Below are positions 47,168-56,118 of a DNA stretch of 64,000 nt, one piece after another. Below the pieces are notes generated by a model. The model saw only the letters and a program-made list of their open reading frames with translations. It was not told the origin of the DNA and made no database searches. The first letter of the stretch is position 1; every line of letters starts with the position of its first letter. The stretch lies in NCBI GenBank assembly GCA_964423445.1, contig CAYREQ010000004.1, positions 2,700 to 66,699 on the forward strand. Reading direction: 5' to 3'. This stretch comes from an uncultured Candidatus Saccharibacteria bacterium. GTDB lineage: Bacteria; Patescibacteriota; Minisyncoccia; Phycocordibacterales; UBA9973. The position numbers and the translations under genes are program-made.

Positions 47168-47923
47168 ATGAAAGCAAAAAAATCACTAGGTCAAAACTTT
47201 TTAAAATCAAACTTGGCACTCAAAAAAATAATTGAGGTAGGAGATATAATACCTACTGATATAATTTTAGAAATAGGACCAGGAAAGGGGGCACTCACAG
47301 AGAAGCTCTTGGAAAAAGCAAAGACTGTAATTGCGGTGGAAAAAGACAATAAACTTTTTACTTTTTTAAAAAATAAATTTGAAAAAGAAATTAAAGAAAA
47401 AAAATTAATTTTATTAAACGAAGATATTTTAGAATATAAAATTAAAAATAATGAATACAAGATAATTGCAAACATCCCTTACAATATCACTGGTGCAATT
47501 CTAAAAAAATTTCTGACAGAAAAAAATCAGCCAGATATGATGATACTCATGGTCCAACACGAGGTAGCTAAAAGAATCGTAGCAAATGACAAGAAGGAGA
47601 GTCTACTCTCTATCTCAGTAAAAGCATACGGTGAGCCAAAAATGGTGATGAAGGTTCCTGCCAGATATTTCTCTCCAGCACCAAAAGTAGACTCCGCGGT
47701 GATAGCTATAAAAAATATTTCTCGCAAAATATTCAAGGAAAACAAGATTTCTGAAGAAAAATTTTGGGAAATCGTAAAATTAGGCTTTGCTCATAAAAGA
47801 AAAAAGCTCTCTGGGAACCTAAAAAGTGTTAATTTTAATAGAAAAGAAGATTTTGCAATCTTAAAAGACAAAAGACCTGAAAATCTTTCTATTTTAGACT
47901 GGATTTCTATAACAAAATACTAG
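47168..47923 (+). CDS. rsmA: 16S rRNA dimethyltransferase RsmA/KsgA
   Basis: KKSLGQNFL, EIGPGKG, ANIPYNIT, PAPKVDS. Confidence 0.97.
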   Translation: MKAKKSLGQNFLKSNLALKKIIEVGDIIPTDIILEIGPGKGALTEKLLEKAKTVIAVEKDNKLFTFLKNKFEKEIKEKKLILLNEDILEYKIKNNEYKIIANIPYNITGAILKKFLTEKNQPDMMILMVQHEVAKRIVANDKKESLLSISVKAYGEPKMVMKVPARYFSPAPKVDSAVIAIKNISRKIFKENKISEEKFWEIVKLGFAHKRKKLSGNLKSVNFNRKEDFAILKDKRPENLSILDWISITKY

Positions 47924-48261
47924 AGAGAAGTACCTATTGTATTTATAACACCTGTAACAGGAATAGAAACTGGGCCTAAATTACACACTCCTCCTGGAGT
48001 ATACGAGCCTAAAACCCAAGATCCTTGTTTTATACTGTAATATGAATATATCATAGAAGGAGGTGTTAGACTCAGTAAGTAGGTGCCAGGCCTAGGCAGT
48101 GGACCCACGGTTAACATGAGACCATTGGTACAAGGTGTGATTAACAAAATAGGCGCACCAAACCCTACTAGTGCGTAACTTTTTTGATAAAAAAGCAAGT
48201 TTGCATACACAACTAAAATCAAAATAATTAGTATGTAAAAGATGTGGTTAATCGTTTTCAT
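47920..48261 (-). CDS. Small secreted/membrane protein with two Cys
   Basis: Signal/TM followed by a beta-rich domain; divergent from the T4SS operon. Confidence 0.7.
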   Translation of the reverse strand: MKTINHIFYILIILILVVYANLLFYQKSYALVGFGAPILLITPCTNGLMLTVGPLPRPGTYLLSLTPPSMIYSYYSIKQGSWVLGSYTPGGVCNLGPVSIPVTGVINTIGTSL

Positions 48262-48357
48262 AGACTAATTCTACATTAAAAAAATTCTTATGCTAATACA
48301 CTTATCAACAGGTGTATTTTTATAGTTTGCTTTTTAAAAAAGTGTTACAATATAAGC

Positions 48358-49275
48358 ATAATTAAATTAAATTGGTTAAAACAAAAAAAGGTAATTTTTA
48401 TAGCCTTGGGGGTGGTTTTTATCTTTGTACTTTTTCTAACAAAAAATGAAACTGTATTTAAAAATCAAATAGAAAACAATGGACTTGTTTTTAATAGCAA
48501 TGACAAAGTAGGGGATTTGGTAAATAGAGATACAGATTTAGATGGAGTTCCAGATTGGCAAGAAAGTCTCTATGGTACTGACCCTACCAAAAGAGATACA
48601 GATGATGACGGAGTGAGTGACGATATAGAAATTGCTAGATTAAGTAAACAAAATCCAGTAAATGGAGAACTTGATCTAAGTATAGAAAACAAAGAAGATA
48701 AGACTATGACGGGACAATTGTCAAAAGAATTATTTTCTACCATTGCTACACTAAACCAGACAGGGGCAGTAGACCAAGACACAGTAGATACATTAAGCGC
48801 AAAACTGGCTGAAAAAATACAAAACCCTTTAAATATAAGGACATACACAATGTCTGATATAAAAATTTCTACTAGCGATGATAAACAATCAGTAAAAGCT
48901 TACAATGATGCTTTGAATAAAATTTATGCAAAATACCCTGTAAAAACTACGTTTTTTGATGTACTAGATAAATTTATAATTGATGAAGATACAGTAGATG
49001 AGAGTGCACTCAAGGATCTTGATTTCTTAATCAAACAAACTACTAATATAAAAAATGAAACCATAAAAATTCCTGTACCAGCAAGCTTGGCTATATTGCA
49101 TTTAAATGTATTAAACGCTATGGAAAAAGTAATCGATAATATGAGCTCCGTAAAATTTTATGATACTGACATTGTGGTAGCTATGGGTGGCATAGTCCAA
49201 TACAGTGAAAATGCAAGTGCACTGGAATCAGCTGTAGGTGAATTGGATTTAAAAATAAATCAAAGATTAAAGTAA
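48358..49275 (+). CDS. Membrane-anchored protein with TSP3-like Ca-binding repeats (start uncertain; track gives TTG 48406)
   Basis: DTDLDGVPD, DTDDDGVSD; the open frame extends upstream to a basic N-region. Confidence 0.75.
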   Translation: MIKLNWLKQKKVIFIALGVVFIFVLFLTKNETVFKNQIENNGLVFNSNDKVGDLVNRDTDLDGVPDWQESLYGTDPTKRDTDDDGVSDDIEIARLSKQNPVNGELDLSIENKEDKTMTGQLSKELFSTIATLNQTGAVDQDTVDTLSAKLAEKIQNPLNIRTYTMSDIKISTSDDKQSVKAYNDALNKIYAKYPVKTTFFDVLDKFIIDEDTVDESALKDLDFLIKQTTNIKNETIKIPVPASLAILHLNVLNAMEKVIDNMSSVKFYDTDIVVAMGGIVQYSENASALESAVGELDLKINQRLK

Positions 49276-49320
49276 AAAAACACTTCACCATAGAATAAAT
49301 AAAGGTTATAATATATAAAA

Positions 49321-50802
49321 ATGATTTCTAGTAATACAACAAGTAAAAAAATAATATCTACTCTTCTGGTAATTTTTATTTTATTACCAAATGTATTATT
49401 TATACTTCCACAAAAAGCAATTGCTCAAGAAGAAGCTGTTACAGTGCCTGTCAGCGACATCGGTAAACCTGCAGTAGTCACTGCAAAATCGAGCTTTTGG
49501 AGTAGAATTTTAAATGGCACCACAGCAGCAAAGACCAGTGTTTCAGCTGGAACAGATCTAAAGCAATGGGCATTGAAAATAGCCGAGGAAGCTCTGCGTA
49601 ACCTGGCGAAAAAGTTTTTACAAAAACTGACTGAAAGTACTGTAAATTGGATAAACGAGGGTTTCCATGGAGCCCCACTTTTTGTGGAAAATCCTAAATC
49701 TTTTTTCAAAGATATCGCAAAATATGAAATTAAAACTTTGGTAAGTAGAATCGGCTATGATAATAGAAATTTCCCATTTGGAAAAGGTTTTATTATGAGT
49801 GCGATCCAAGGATATAAAAATACTTTTGAGAGAAATGCTCAATACTCTCTGAGTAAAGTCATAAGTGACCAACAATTTTTAAATAATTATAGAAATGATT
49901 TTAATGTCGGTGGCTGGGATGGTTTTCTACTAAACACTCAGTTCCCGCAAAATAACCCGATAGGTTCACAGCTTATGTATTCTGATTACTTGGCGAGCAA
50001 GCTTCCAGAAGTTGATACAGCAAAAAATAAAATACAAAAAACCTTAGAACAAGGACAGGGTTTTCTCTCTCCTCAGACATGTCCATCAAATCCTAAATAC
50101 AATAATGCTGTAAATGAATTCAAAAGACCTACTTTTAAACCTACGACCCCCCCACCTGTATATCAAGATTGTTCTCAATATGAAGAAGAAGGGAACACTG
50201 CAGACCTTGCAATATGTGAAAGGGCTAACGCAGCACTAGAAGAAGCATATAATTTAGATGTCGGCAGTGAAAGATTATTGTGGAATGAAAAAAACTTTTG
50301 TCCAGGTGGACTAGTGGCTACTACTCCTGGCTCAGTGGTGGCAAATCAAATAATGACTGCTACTTCATCTGCTTTTAGGCAAGGGGAGCTCGGTATGGCC
50401 ATGGGAAATAGCTTGTCTGCAATCTTTGATGCATTACTCAATCAATTTATGTCTAAAGGTTTGACTGCAATAAAAAGTAAAATTTATGATAAACCAAAAG
50501 AGGGTGATAGAGACGACTTTAGTTATTATGGAAACACTTTTGGTGATGTACAGACGACAAATAGTGGTACTAAATTTATTTGGAGTCAGATAAAAGATCC
50601 AGTAAATGATATAGACAAGCTAGAATATGACGGAACAAAGTTTATAGATAAAGAAGGATTAAAAGAACCTGCTGATCCTTTATCCTGCCCGGCAGGACAG
50701 ACAGGCACACCTCCGAATTGTATAAAAGTATTACCGACTAGCTGTGACTTAGGCGATGGTACTCTTCGTCCAATCCCAGAATGCAACCCAACAATAAATT
50801 AA
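49321..50802 (+). CDS. Secreted T4SS-locus hypothetical protein
   Basis: Signal peptide (AIA|QE), helical body, Cys-rich C-terminus; operonic with the VirB6-like gene. Confidence 0.75.
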   Translation: MISSNTTSKKIISTLLVIFILLPNVLFILPQKAIAQEEAVTVPVSDIGKPAVVTAKSSFWSRILNGTTAAKTSVSAGTDLKQWALKIAEEALRNLAKKFLQKLTESTVNWINEGFHGAPLFVENPKSFFKDIAKYEIKTLVSRIGYDNRNFPFGKGFIMSAIQGYKNTFERNAQYSLSKVISDQQFLNNYRNDFNVGGWDGFLLNTQFPQNNPIGSQLMYSDYLASKLPEVDTAKNKIQKTLEQGQGFLSPQTCPSNPKYNNAVNEFKRPTFKPTTPPPVYQDCSQYEEEGNTADLAICERANAALEEAYNLDVGSERLLWNEKNFCPGGLVATTPGSVVANQIMTATSSAFRQGELGMAMGNSLSAIFDALLNQFMSKGLTAIKSKIYDKPKEGDRDDFSYYGNTFGDVQTTNSGTKFIWSQIKDPVNDIDKLEYDGTKFIDKEGLKEPADPLSCPAGQTGTPPNCIKVLPTSCDLGDGTLRPIPECNPTIN

Positions 50803-50803
50803 A

Positions 50804-53674
50804 ATGAAGAAATTTTTTACATACATATTAATATTTGTCACAGTATTACAGCTAGTTATTCCACCTAGTCCTGCGCAAGCAGAAAGCCCTACGGATAAAG
50901 GTGATTGTGCTATTCCTGGAGCCACAATGACAAACGTCACTAGGGAATTTTGTAAAAATAGTGGAGGTACATTTAAAGCCTTTGGATCTACTACTACACC
51001 AGTCTCTACAGAAAGCCCTACTGATAAAGGTGATTGTGCTATTCCTGGAGCCACAATGACAAACGTCACTAGGGAATTTTGTAAAAATAGTGGAGGTACA
51101 TTTAAAGCCTTTGGATCTACTACTACAGGTGGACCGGGCGGGACCCTTGGAGATACAGGCTCAGCTGCGGCTCCTGGAGACGCTCCAAAAGATCCAAATG
51201 CTGATATTTTTGGAAGCTGTAGTGGATGGAATCTTGTTGTAGCTTGGAACGTCACTGGTTGTGTGGTAAGAGCATTTCATCTTGTATTTATGGTATTACC
51301 ATCTATGGTTTTATACCTTACAGCATATATATTCAATGCTATGCTCGCCCTAACTCTCGGTACTGTTTTATATAAAAATGGTTTTTTACCAGAAGCTTGG
51401 AGAATAGTGCGAGACTTTTCAAACATCTTCTTTATACTGGTTTTATTATATATATCTATAAAAATGATTTTAGGCTTGGGTGGAGCTGAAGTAAAAAAGA
51501 TGATAGCCCAAGTCATAGTGGCTGCTCTACTCATAAATTTTTCTATGTTTATGACTCAGGTAGTCATAGACGCTTCAAACATGCTTGCTTTAATTTTTTA
51601 TAATAAAATCCAAGTCACTTCTCAAACATACACCCCTTTTATAAGTACAAAAAATGGTGTACAAGATAAAGATATCGCTGGAGCCATCGCTTCTGGTTTT
51701 AACCCAGCTAAATTTATCAACCCTGCTGATGTGGCAGAAATTAATAATAAAGCAGTAACTAGTGGAGGTTTATTTTATGACCTAAAAAATATAGCTAAGG
51801 ACCCAAGTACAACAATAAACCCACTCAGACCTCTCGACAACACTACAACTAATTTAAAAATAGGTTGGGCTGTAGCAAAAAGTGCTCTAACTGGTGGTGG
51901 AGATGAAAAAACTTTTCCACCATCTATCGCACTGGCAATAATTTTTACAGCCTGTGCGGTCTATCTCTTTGCATCATATGCATTTTTTATTGCTGGATTA
52001 GCATTTATTGGTAGATTGATAGAGCTCTGGATGCTGATTATATTTTCACCTTTTGCTTTTATGTCTTTATCTGTACCAAAATTGAAAGGCATAGAATATC
52101 TGGGATGGGATGCATGGCTAAAACGGCTACTTGCAGTGGCTTTTATGGCTCCTGTTTTCATGTTCTTCCTACTATTAATATCAAAACTTGTACAAATAAA
52201 TATATTCAAAGGAATGGAAAATATTCCAGGGCAAACTCCAATTACAATTCCTCATGTACTTGTAATGCTTATAATTCCAGCAATTATATATATCAGTCTT
52301 CTTTGGAAAGCTGTGGACTATGCAAAAAAGGGAGCAGGAGAATTCGGCTCTGCCATAATTAAATACGGACAAATGGCAGCTGTGGCAGTGGGTGGACTAG
52401 CTGTGGGTGCAGCTACGGGTGGAGTAGGATTGGCTGCTAGTTCCACCCTTGGAAGCCTTGCTGCAAAGACAGCAAGCAGCAGCTCTCTACTTAAGGCATC
52501 AACTCAAAAAGGAATAGGTGGATGGGCAGCAAGAATGACTCTAAAGGGTGCAGAGTATGGAGCAAATGCATCCTTTGATGCTAGAAAACTTCCTGGTGTT
52601 GGTGGAATGATGAAAAAAATGGGTATGAAGACAGAATCTTCTACTATTACAAAAGCTTTGGGTCTAAGTAGTGCTGGTGGATATGAAGGCAGAAAGAAGA
52701 GAATGGAGGAAGAAAGAGAGAAGAGAGAAAAACAATTAAAAGTAAGAGGTAGTGACCCACTAATGCATGAACTACACAAAGAACAAGAAAATCTACAAAG
52801 TGCAGAAAATAAAGTGGCTGAATGTTTTAGACAAATAGATGACGAGATTGAAACATGGGAATCAAAGAAACGTCAAGCTGTAAATGGTAGTGCTGATGAT
52901 GTAAAAGCTGCAGAAAAATTAAAAGAATTAAATGAACTAAAAGGGTCTATAAAAGCTGGTGTTATGCCTATGGTGCTTAAATACACCGAGGGGGCATTTA
53001 AGGGTGAATTTAAAGACGCAAATGGCAACTATAACACAATGAAGGAAAAAGATCAGACTGGTAAAATGATTGATATTTATGCTACAAGCAATGGCAAGAT
53101 AGCTGAAAAGGCTGTTGAAGAATATGAAAACAAAGTAAAAGATGGTGAAAAGACTGAGACAGAAGCAGAAAATGCATTAACGGAGGCTCAGCTAGCTATA
53201 AAGGCAATAAAAGAATCTGAAGTGAAAGCTAAAGAAGCAGCAGATGCAAGAAAAAAAGCAGAAGAAGAACAATTGGCAAGACCTACAAGTACTGATGCAA
53301 ACAATGCCCTAAAAACTGCAATTGAAAATGAGACAAAAGCTCTTAAAGAATTAGAAGATAACAAGGAAAAAGCACCAAAATTAGATATAAAAGAACTAAT
53401 AAAAAACCATGAATCAGCAAAAACTAAACTTTCTGAACTTCGTTCTAAGCTAGAAATAACAAAAGAAATAACAAAAGGTGGAACTGGAGCATCTATAAAA
53501 GAAATGAAAAATATAATAATACCTGGAATTAAAACAAAAATAAGAGATATTGAAAACAGCTGGAAATGGGCGGAAGCTGATAGGATTGAGGGTAAAATGC
53601 TATTTAAAAATATTAACCATGAATTAGCACACAAAATGAGAATGGCCGCAGATGTAACAGAAGTAAAACATTAA
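50804..53674 (+). CDS. VirB6/TrbL-like polytopic membrane protein
   Basis: AWRIVRDFSNIFF, ALLINFS, R...LW.L...SP.AF; Gly-rich and coiled-coil C-terminus; linked to VirB4. Confidence 0.8.
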   Translation: MKKFFTYILIFVTVLQLVIPPSPAQAESPTDKGDCAIPGATMTNVTREFCKNSGGTFKAFGSTTTPVSTESPTDKGDCAIPGATMTNVTREFCKNSGGTFKAFGSTTTGGPGGTLGDTGSAAAPGDAPKDPNADIFGSCSGWNLVVAWNVTGCVVRAFHLVFMVLPSMVLYLTAYIFNAMLALTLGTVLYKNGFLPEAWRIVRDFSNIFFILVLLYISIKMILGLGGAEVKKMIAQVIVAALLINFSMFMTQVVIDASNMLALIFYNKIQVTSQTYTPFISTKNGVQDKDIAGAIASGFNPAKFINPADVAEINNKAVTSGGLFYDLKNIAKDPSTTINPLRPLDNTTTNLKIGWAVAKSALTGGGDEKTFPPSIALAIIFTACAVYLFASYAFFIAGLAFIGRLIELWMLIIFSPFAFMSLSVPKLKGIEYLGWDAWLKRLLAVAFMAPVFMFFLLLISKLVQINIFKGMENIPGQTPITIPHVLVMLIIPAIIYISLLWKAVDYAKKGAGEFGSAIIKYGQMAAVAVGGLAVGAATGGVGLAASSTLGSLAAKTASSSSLLKASTQKGIGGWAARMTLKGAEYGANASFDARKLPGVGGMMKKMGMKTESSTITKALGLSSAGGYEGRKKRMEEEREKREKQLKVRGSDPLMHELHKEQENLQSAENKVAECFRQIDDEIETWESKKRQAVNGSADDVKAAEKLKELNELKGSIKAGVMPMVLKYTEGAFKGEFKDANGNYNTMKEKDQTGKMIDIYATSNGKIAEKAVEEYENKVKDGEKTETEAENALTEAQLAIKAIKESEVKAKEAADARKKAEEEQLARPTSTDANNALKTAIENETKALKELEDNKEKAPKLDIKELIKNHESAKTKLSELRSKLEITKEITKGGTGASIKEMKNIIIPGIKTKIRDIENSWKWAEADRIEGKMLFKNINHELAHKMRMAADVTEVKH
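50880..51127 (+). repeat. 119-bp direct repeat x2 (129-bp period, one mismatch)
   Basis: 50880-50998 versus 51009-51127. Confidence 0.95.
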
Positions 53675-53684
53675 AATTTATTTT

Positions 53685-54182
53685 ATGACTGAAGAACTAA
53701 AAAAAACAACAGAAGAAGAAATAGCGAGACTTCCTAAAGAAATAGGGGAGGCTGTAAATAATTCTAATTGGGTAAAAATCACGGAAGAAATAGGCAAAAA
53801 ATATTCTTTTTCAGAAAAAGAGATTACAAATCTACAAGCAGAAACTGCAATAATTTTAGTAGGAGCTGAGGATTCAGATTTATTTGCAGAAAATATTGAA
53901 AATAATGTAAGAACAACAAAAGAAAAAGCTGAAAAAATTTCAGCTGAAATATTTGAAAAAATATTTATTCCTATAAATGGTATTATTGAGGGAAAAATTA
54001 AAAATAATATGCAAGGAAAAGAAATGAACTGGCAACAATCTATAAACTTTATACTTTCTGGTGGAAATTATTCTGTTCTACTAGAAAACCCAACTCATAA
54101 AGTTTCCACAGAACCACAAAAAGTAAGTAGTGTTTTGGGTGCAAAAAGTATGCAGGATATAAAAGACAAATTGGTGAATTAA
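53685..54182 (+). CDS. Hypothetical protein (paralog of the next gene)
   Basis: LPKE...W....I..KY....L..ET...L.G. Confidence 0.78.
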   Translation: MTEELKKTTEEEIARLPKEIGEAVNNSNWVKITEEIGKKYSFSEKEITNLQAETAIILVGAEDSDLFAENIENNVRTTKEKAEKISAEIFEKIFIPINGIIEGKIKNNMQGKEMNWQQSINFILSGGNYSVLLENPTHKVSTEPQKVSSVLGAKSMQDIKDKLVN

Positions 54183-54194
54183 TAAAAAAATAAT

Positions 54195-54971
54195 ATGAAC
54201 AACGATAATACAGTAGATTTACTACAAATAAAAATAGAGAGAGCAAAAGAACAGCTACCAGCTGAGACATTAAATGCTATCGCTGCAGTAGATTGGCGAG
54301 CAGCTATTATGTCTATTCGAGAGAAAAAAGGCTACAACTTTGAGCAATTGGGTGCCTTAGAGCTAGAAACAGAATTACTTTTATGCGGTTTAGTCAGCTC
54401 AAATGACTATCCCAAAGAAATCCAAAGGAGGATGGATATCTCTAGAGCCGAAACAGATGAAATAGTGAATGAGATGAATATGCTGGTTTTTAAAAAAATA
54501 AAAGAAGAGATAATAAAAAACGCTGAAAGAAAAAAAATCTTTAGAGAAAATAAAATGGAACAGAAATCTCTAGAAGTAGAAAAAATTCCTCCCGCTCCAG
54601 CAAAAACAATTGAACCAAAAGATACTGCTATATTAAACCGAGCAGGGATAGATGTGGTAAAATCTGAAATGATACCTACAGAAAAGATCGTAGAAGACAG
54701 AAATACTATTTTAAACAAAATAGAAAACCCAAACAGGGCGGGAAGTAGTGTAGTCGAACCAATGCGAGGCGAAGCGGGTACGCCAGTCATGAGTAATATA
54801 AGCTCAATGTTGCAACAAAAAATCATCAGTTCTGTCCAAGTGCCTATAATAAAGACAGAGCACACACTAGAAAACATAAAAAAGGAAAGTCTTCCAGTGG
54901 TAGAAACTCCAGAAATTACAAGTGGCTATGCATCCAAAAAAGACCCGTATAGATTATCACCGGATGAATAA
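54195..54971 (+). CDS. Hypothetical protein with C-terminal DPYR motif
   Basis: LPAE...W......K.Y....L..ET..L.G; ends KDPYRLSPDE. Confidence 0.78.
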   Translation: MNNDNTVDLLQIKIERAKEQLPAETLNAIAAVDWRAAIMSIREKKGYNFEQLGALELETELLLCGLVSSNDYPKEIQRRMDISRAETDEIVNEMNMLVFKKIKEEIIKNAERKKIFRENKMEQKSLEVEKIPPAPAKTIEPKDTAILNRAGIDVVKSEMIPTEKIVEDRNTILNKIENPNRAGSSVVEPMRGEAGTPVMSNISSMLQQKIISSVQVPIIKTEHTLENIKKESLPVVETPEITSGYASKKDPYRLSPDE

Positions 54972-54979
54972 AATTAATT

Positions 54980-55408
54980 ATGCAATTTAAAGTTCCACAA
55001 TTTTTAGAAATAGAAGACAAAATTTTTGGCCCATTTACTTTTAAAGAGTTTATCTATTTGGTAGGAGGTGGGGGCATGTGTTTTGTTATTTATAAGTTAT
55101 TGGGTTTATTTTGGGGAGCAATACCTATACTATTAGTAGGTGGTTTTGCTTGTATGCTTACTTTTTACAGGCCAAACAATAAACCCTTTTTAAATATGAT
55201 AGAAGCTGGTTTTAATTTTACCTTGCAGAGCAAACTATATATCTGGAAGAAACGAAAGATAAAAAATGATACTAAATCAACTTCAAATATAGTGAGTGAG
55301 GATAAAAATTCAGCTATGGCGGAAAGTGGTATGCGGTTGAGCGGAAACAAACTTCGAGATTTGGCATGGAGTTTGGATGTTTTAGATTTGAAAAAAGAGG
55401 GGAATTAG
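54980..55408 (+). CDS. PrgI family (VirB3-like) protein
   Basis: MQFKVPQFLEIEDKIFGPFTFK plus two TMs. Confidence 0.88.
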   Translation: MQFKVPQFLEIEDKIFGPFTFKEFIYLVGGGGMCFVIYKLLGLFWGAIPILLVGGFACMLTFYRPNNKPFLNMIEAGFNFTLQSKLYIWKKRKIKNDTKSTSNIVSEDKNSAMAESGMRLSGNKLRDLAWSLDVLDLKKEGN

Positions 55409-55462
55409 ACTTTAGATTTTAGTATTATACTAGAACCTAAAGTCTAGCGCCTAAGGCCTAGA
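55405..55462. repeat. Heptamer-periodic inverted repeat
   Basis: TTAGACT TTAGATT TTAGTAT / ACCTAAA GTCTAGC GCCTAAG GCCTAGA; TAGACTTTAG/CTAAAGTCTA inverted repeat. Confidence 0.6.
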
Positions 55463-55475
55463 AAAAAATAAATAC

Positions 55476-56114
55476 ATGGCATTGAACGCAAAAGCAACTC
55501 AAGAGTTTGTACCTATTAAAGAGGTACGTGATGGCATAATCGTCTTAAAAGACGGGGGTCTTCGTGCTATCATCTTGGCAAATTCTGTAAACCTTTCCCT
55601 AAAATCAAGCGATGAACAAAGAGCTACTATACTCCAATTTCAAAACTTCTTAAACACTTTAGATTTTTCTATACAAATATCTGTACAGTCTAGAAGATTA
55701 GACATCCGACCTTACCTTTTGCTTTTAGAGAATAGAATAAAAGTTCAAAATGAACCACTCTTAAAACTACAAACAAAAGAATATATGAATTTTATAATGA
55801 GTTTTACTGAATCAGTAAACATAATGACAAAAAGTTTCTTTATTGTAGTACCTTATAGTCACACTGTCTTAAAATCTGATTCTGGTTTTTTGGGAAAAAT
55901 CTTTAAAAGAAAAAGTAAAGAAGATAAGCAAGCCGAAAAAGAAGAAGACTTTGAAGAAAAAAAATCACAGCTCGAGCAGAGAGTAGGAGTAATACAGCAA
56001 GGACTTTCTCGTTGTGGTATAAAATCAGCAAAACTAGGCACAGAGGAAGTGGTAGAAGTATTCTATAAAGTTTTCAACCCTGGAGAAGTAGAAGGTAAAA
56101 TAAAATTAGAATAA
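55476..56114 (+). CDS. TraC/VirB4 N-terminal-like T4SS protein
   Basis: TQEFVPIKEVRDGII, N..LKS..EQ, FLNTLDF.IQI; between PrgI and VirB4. Confidence 0.75.
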   Translation: MALNAKATQEFVPIKEVRDGIIVLKDGGLRAIILANSVNLSLKSSDEQRATILQFQNFLNTLDFSIQISVQSRRLDIRPYLLLLENRIKVQNEPLLKLQTKEYMNFIMSFTESVNIMTKSFFIVVPYSHTVLKSDSGFLGKIFKRKSKEDKQAEKEEDFEEKKSQLEQRVGVIQQGLSRCGIKSAKLGTEEVVEVFYKVFNPGEVEGKIKLE

Positions 56115-56118
56115 ATAT

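Noticed and set aside
54732-54790. GC-rich patch in 54195-54971 as another inserted element
   Set aside because: Only weak terminal complementarity (GGCG/CGCC); cannot be supported without other copies
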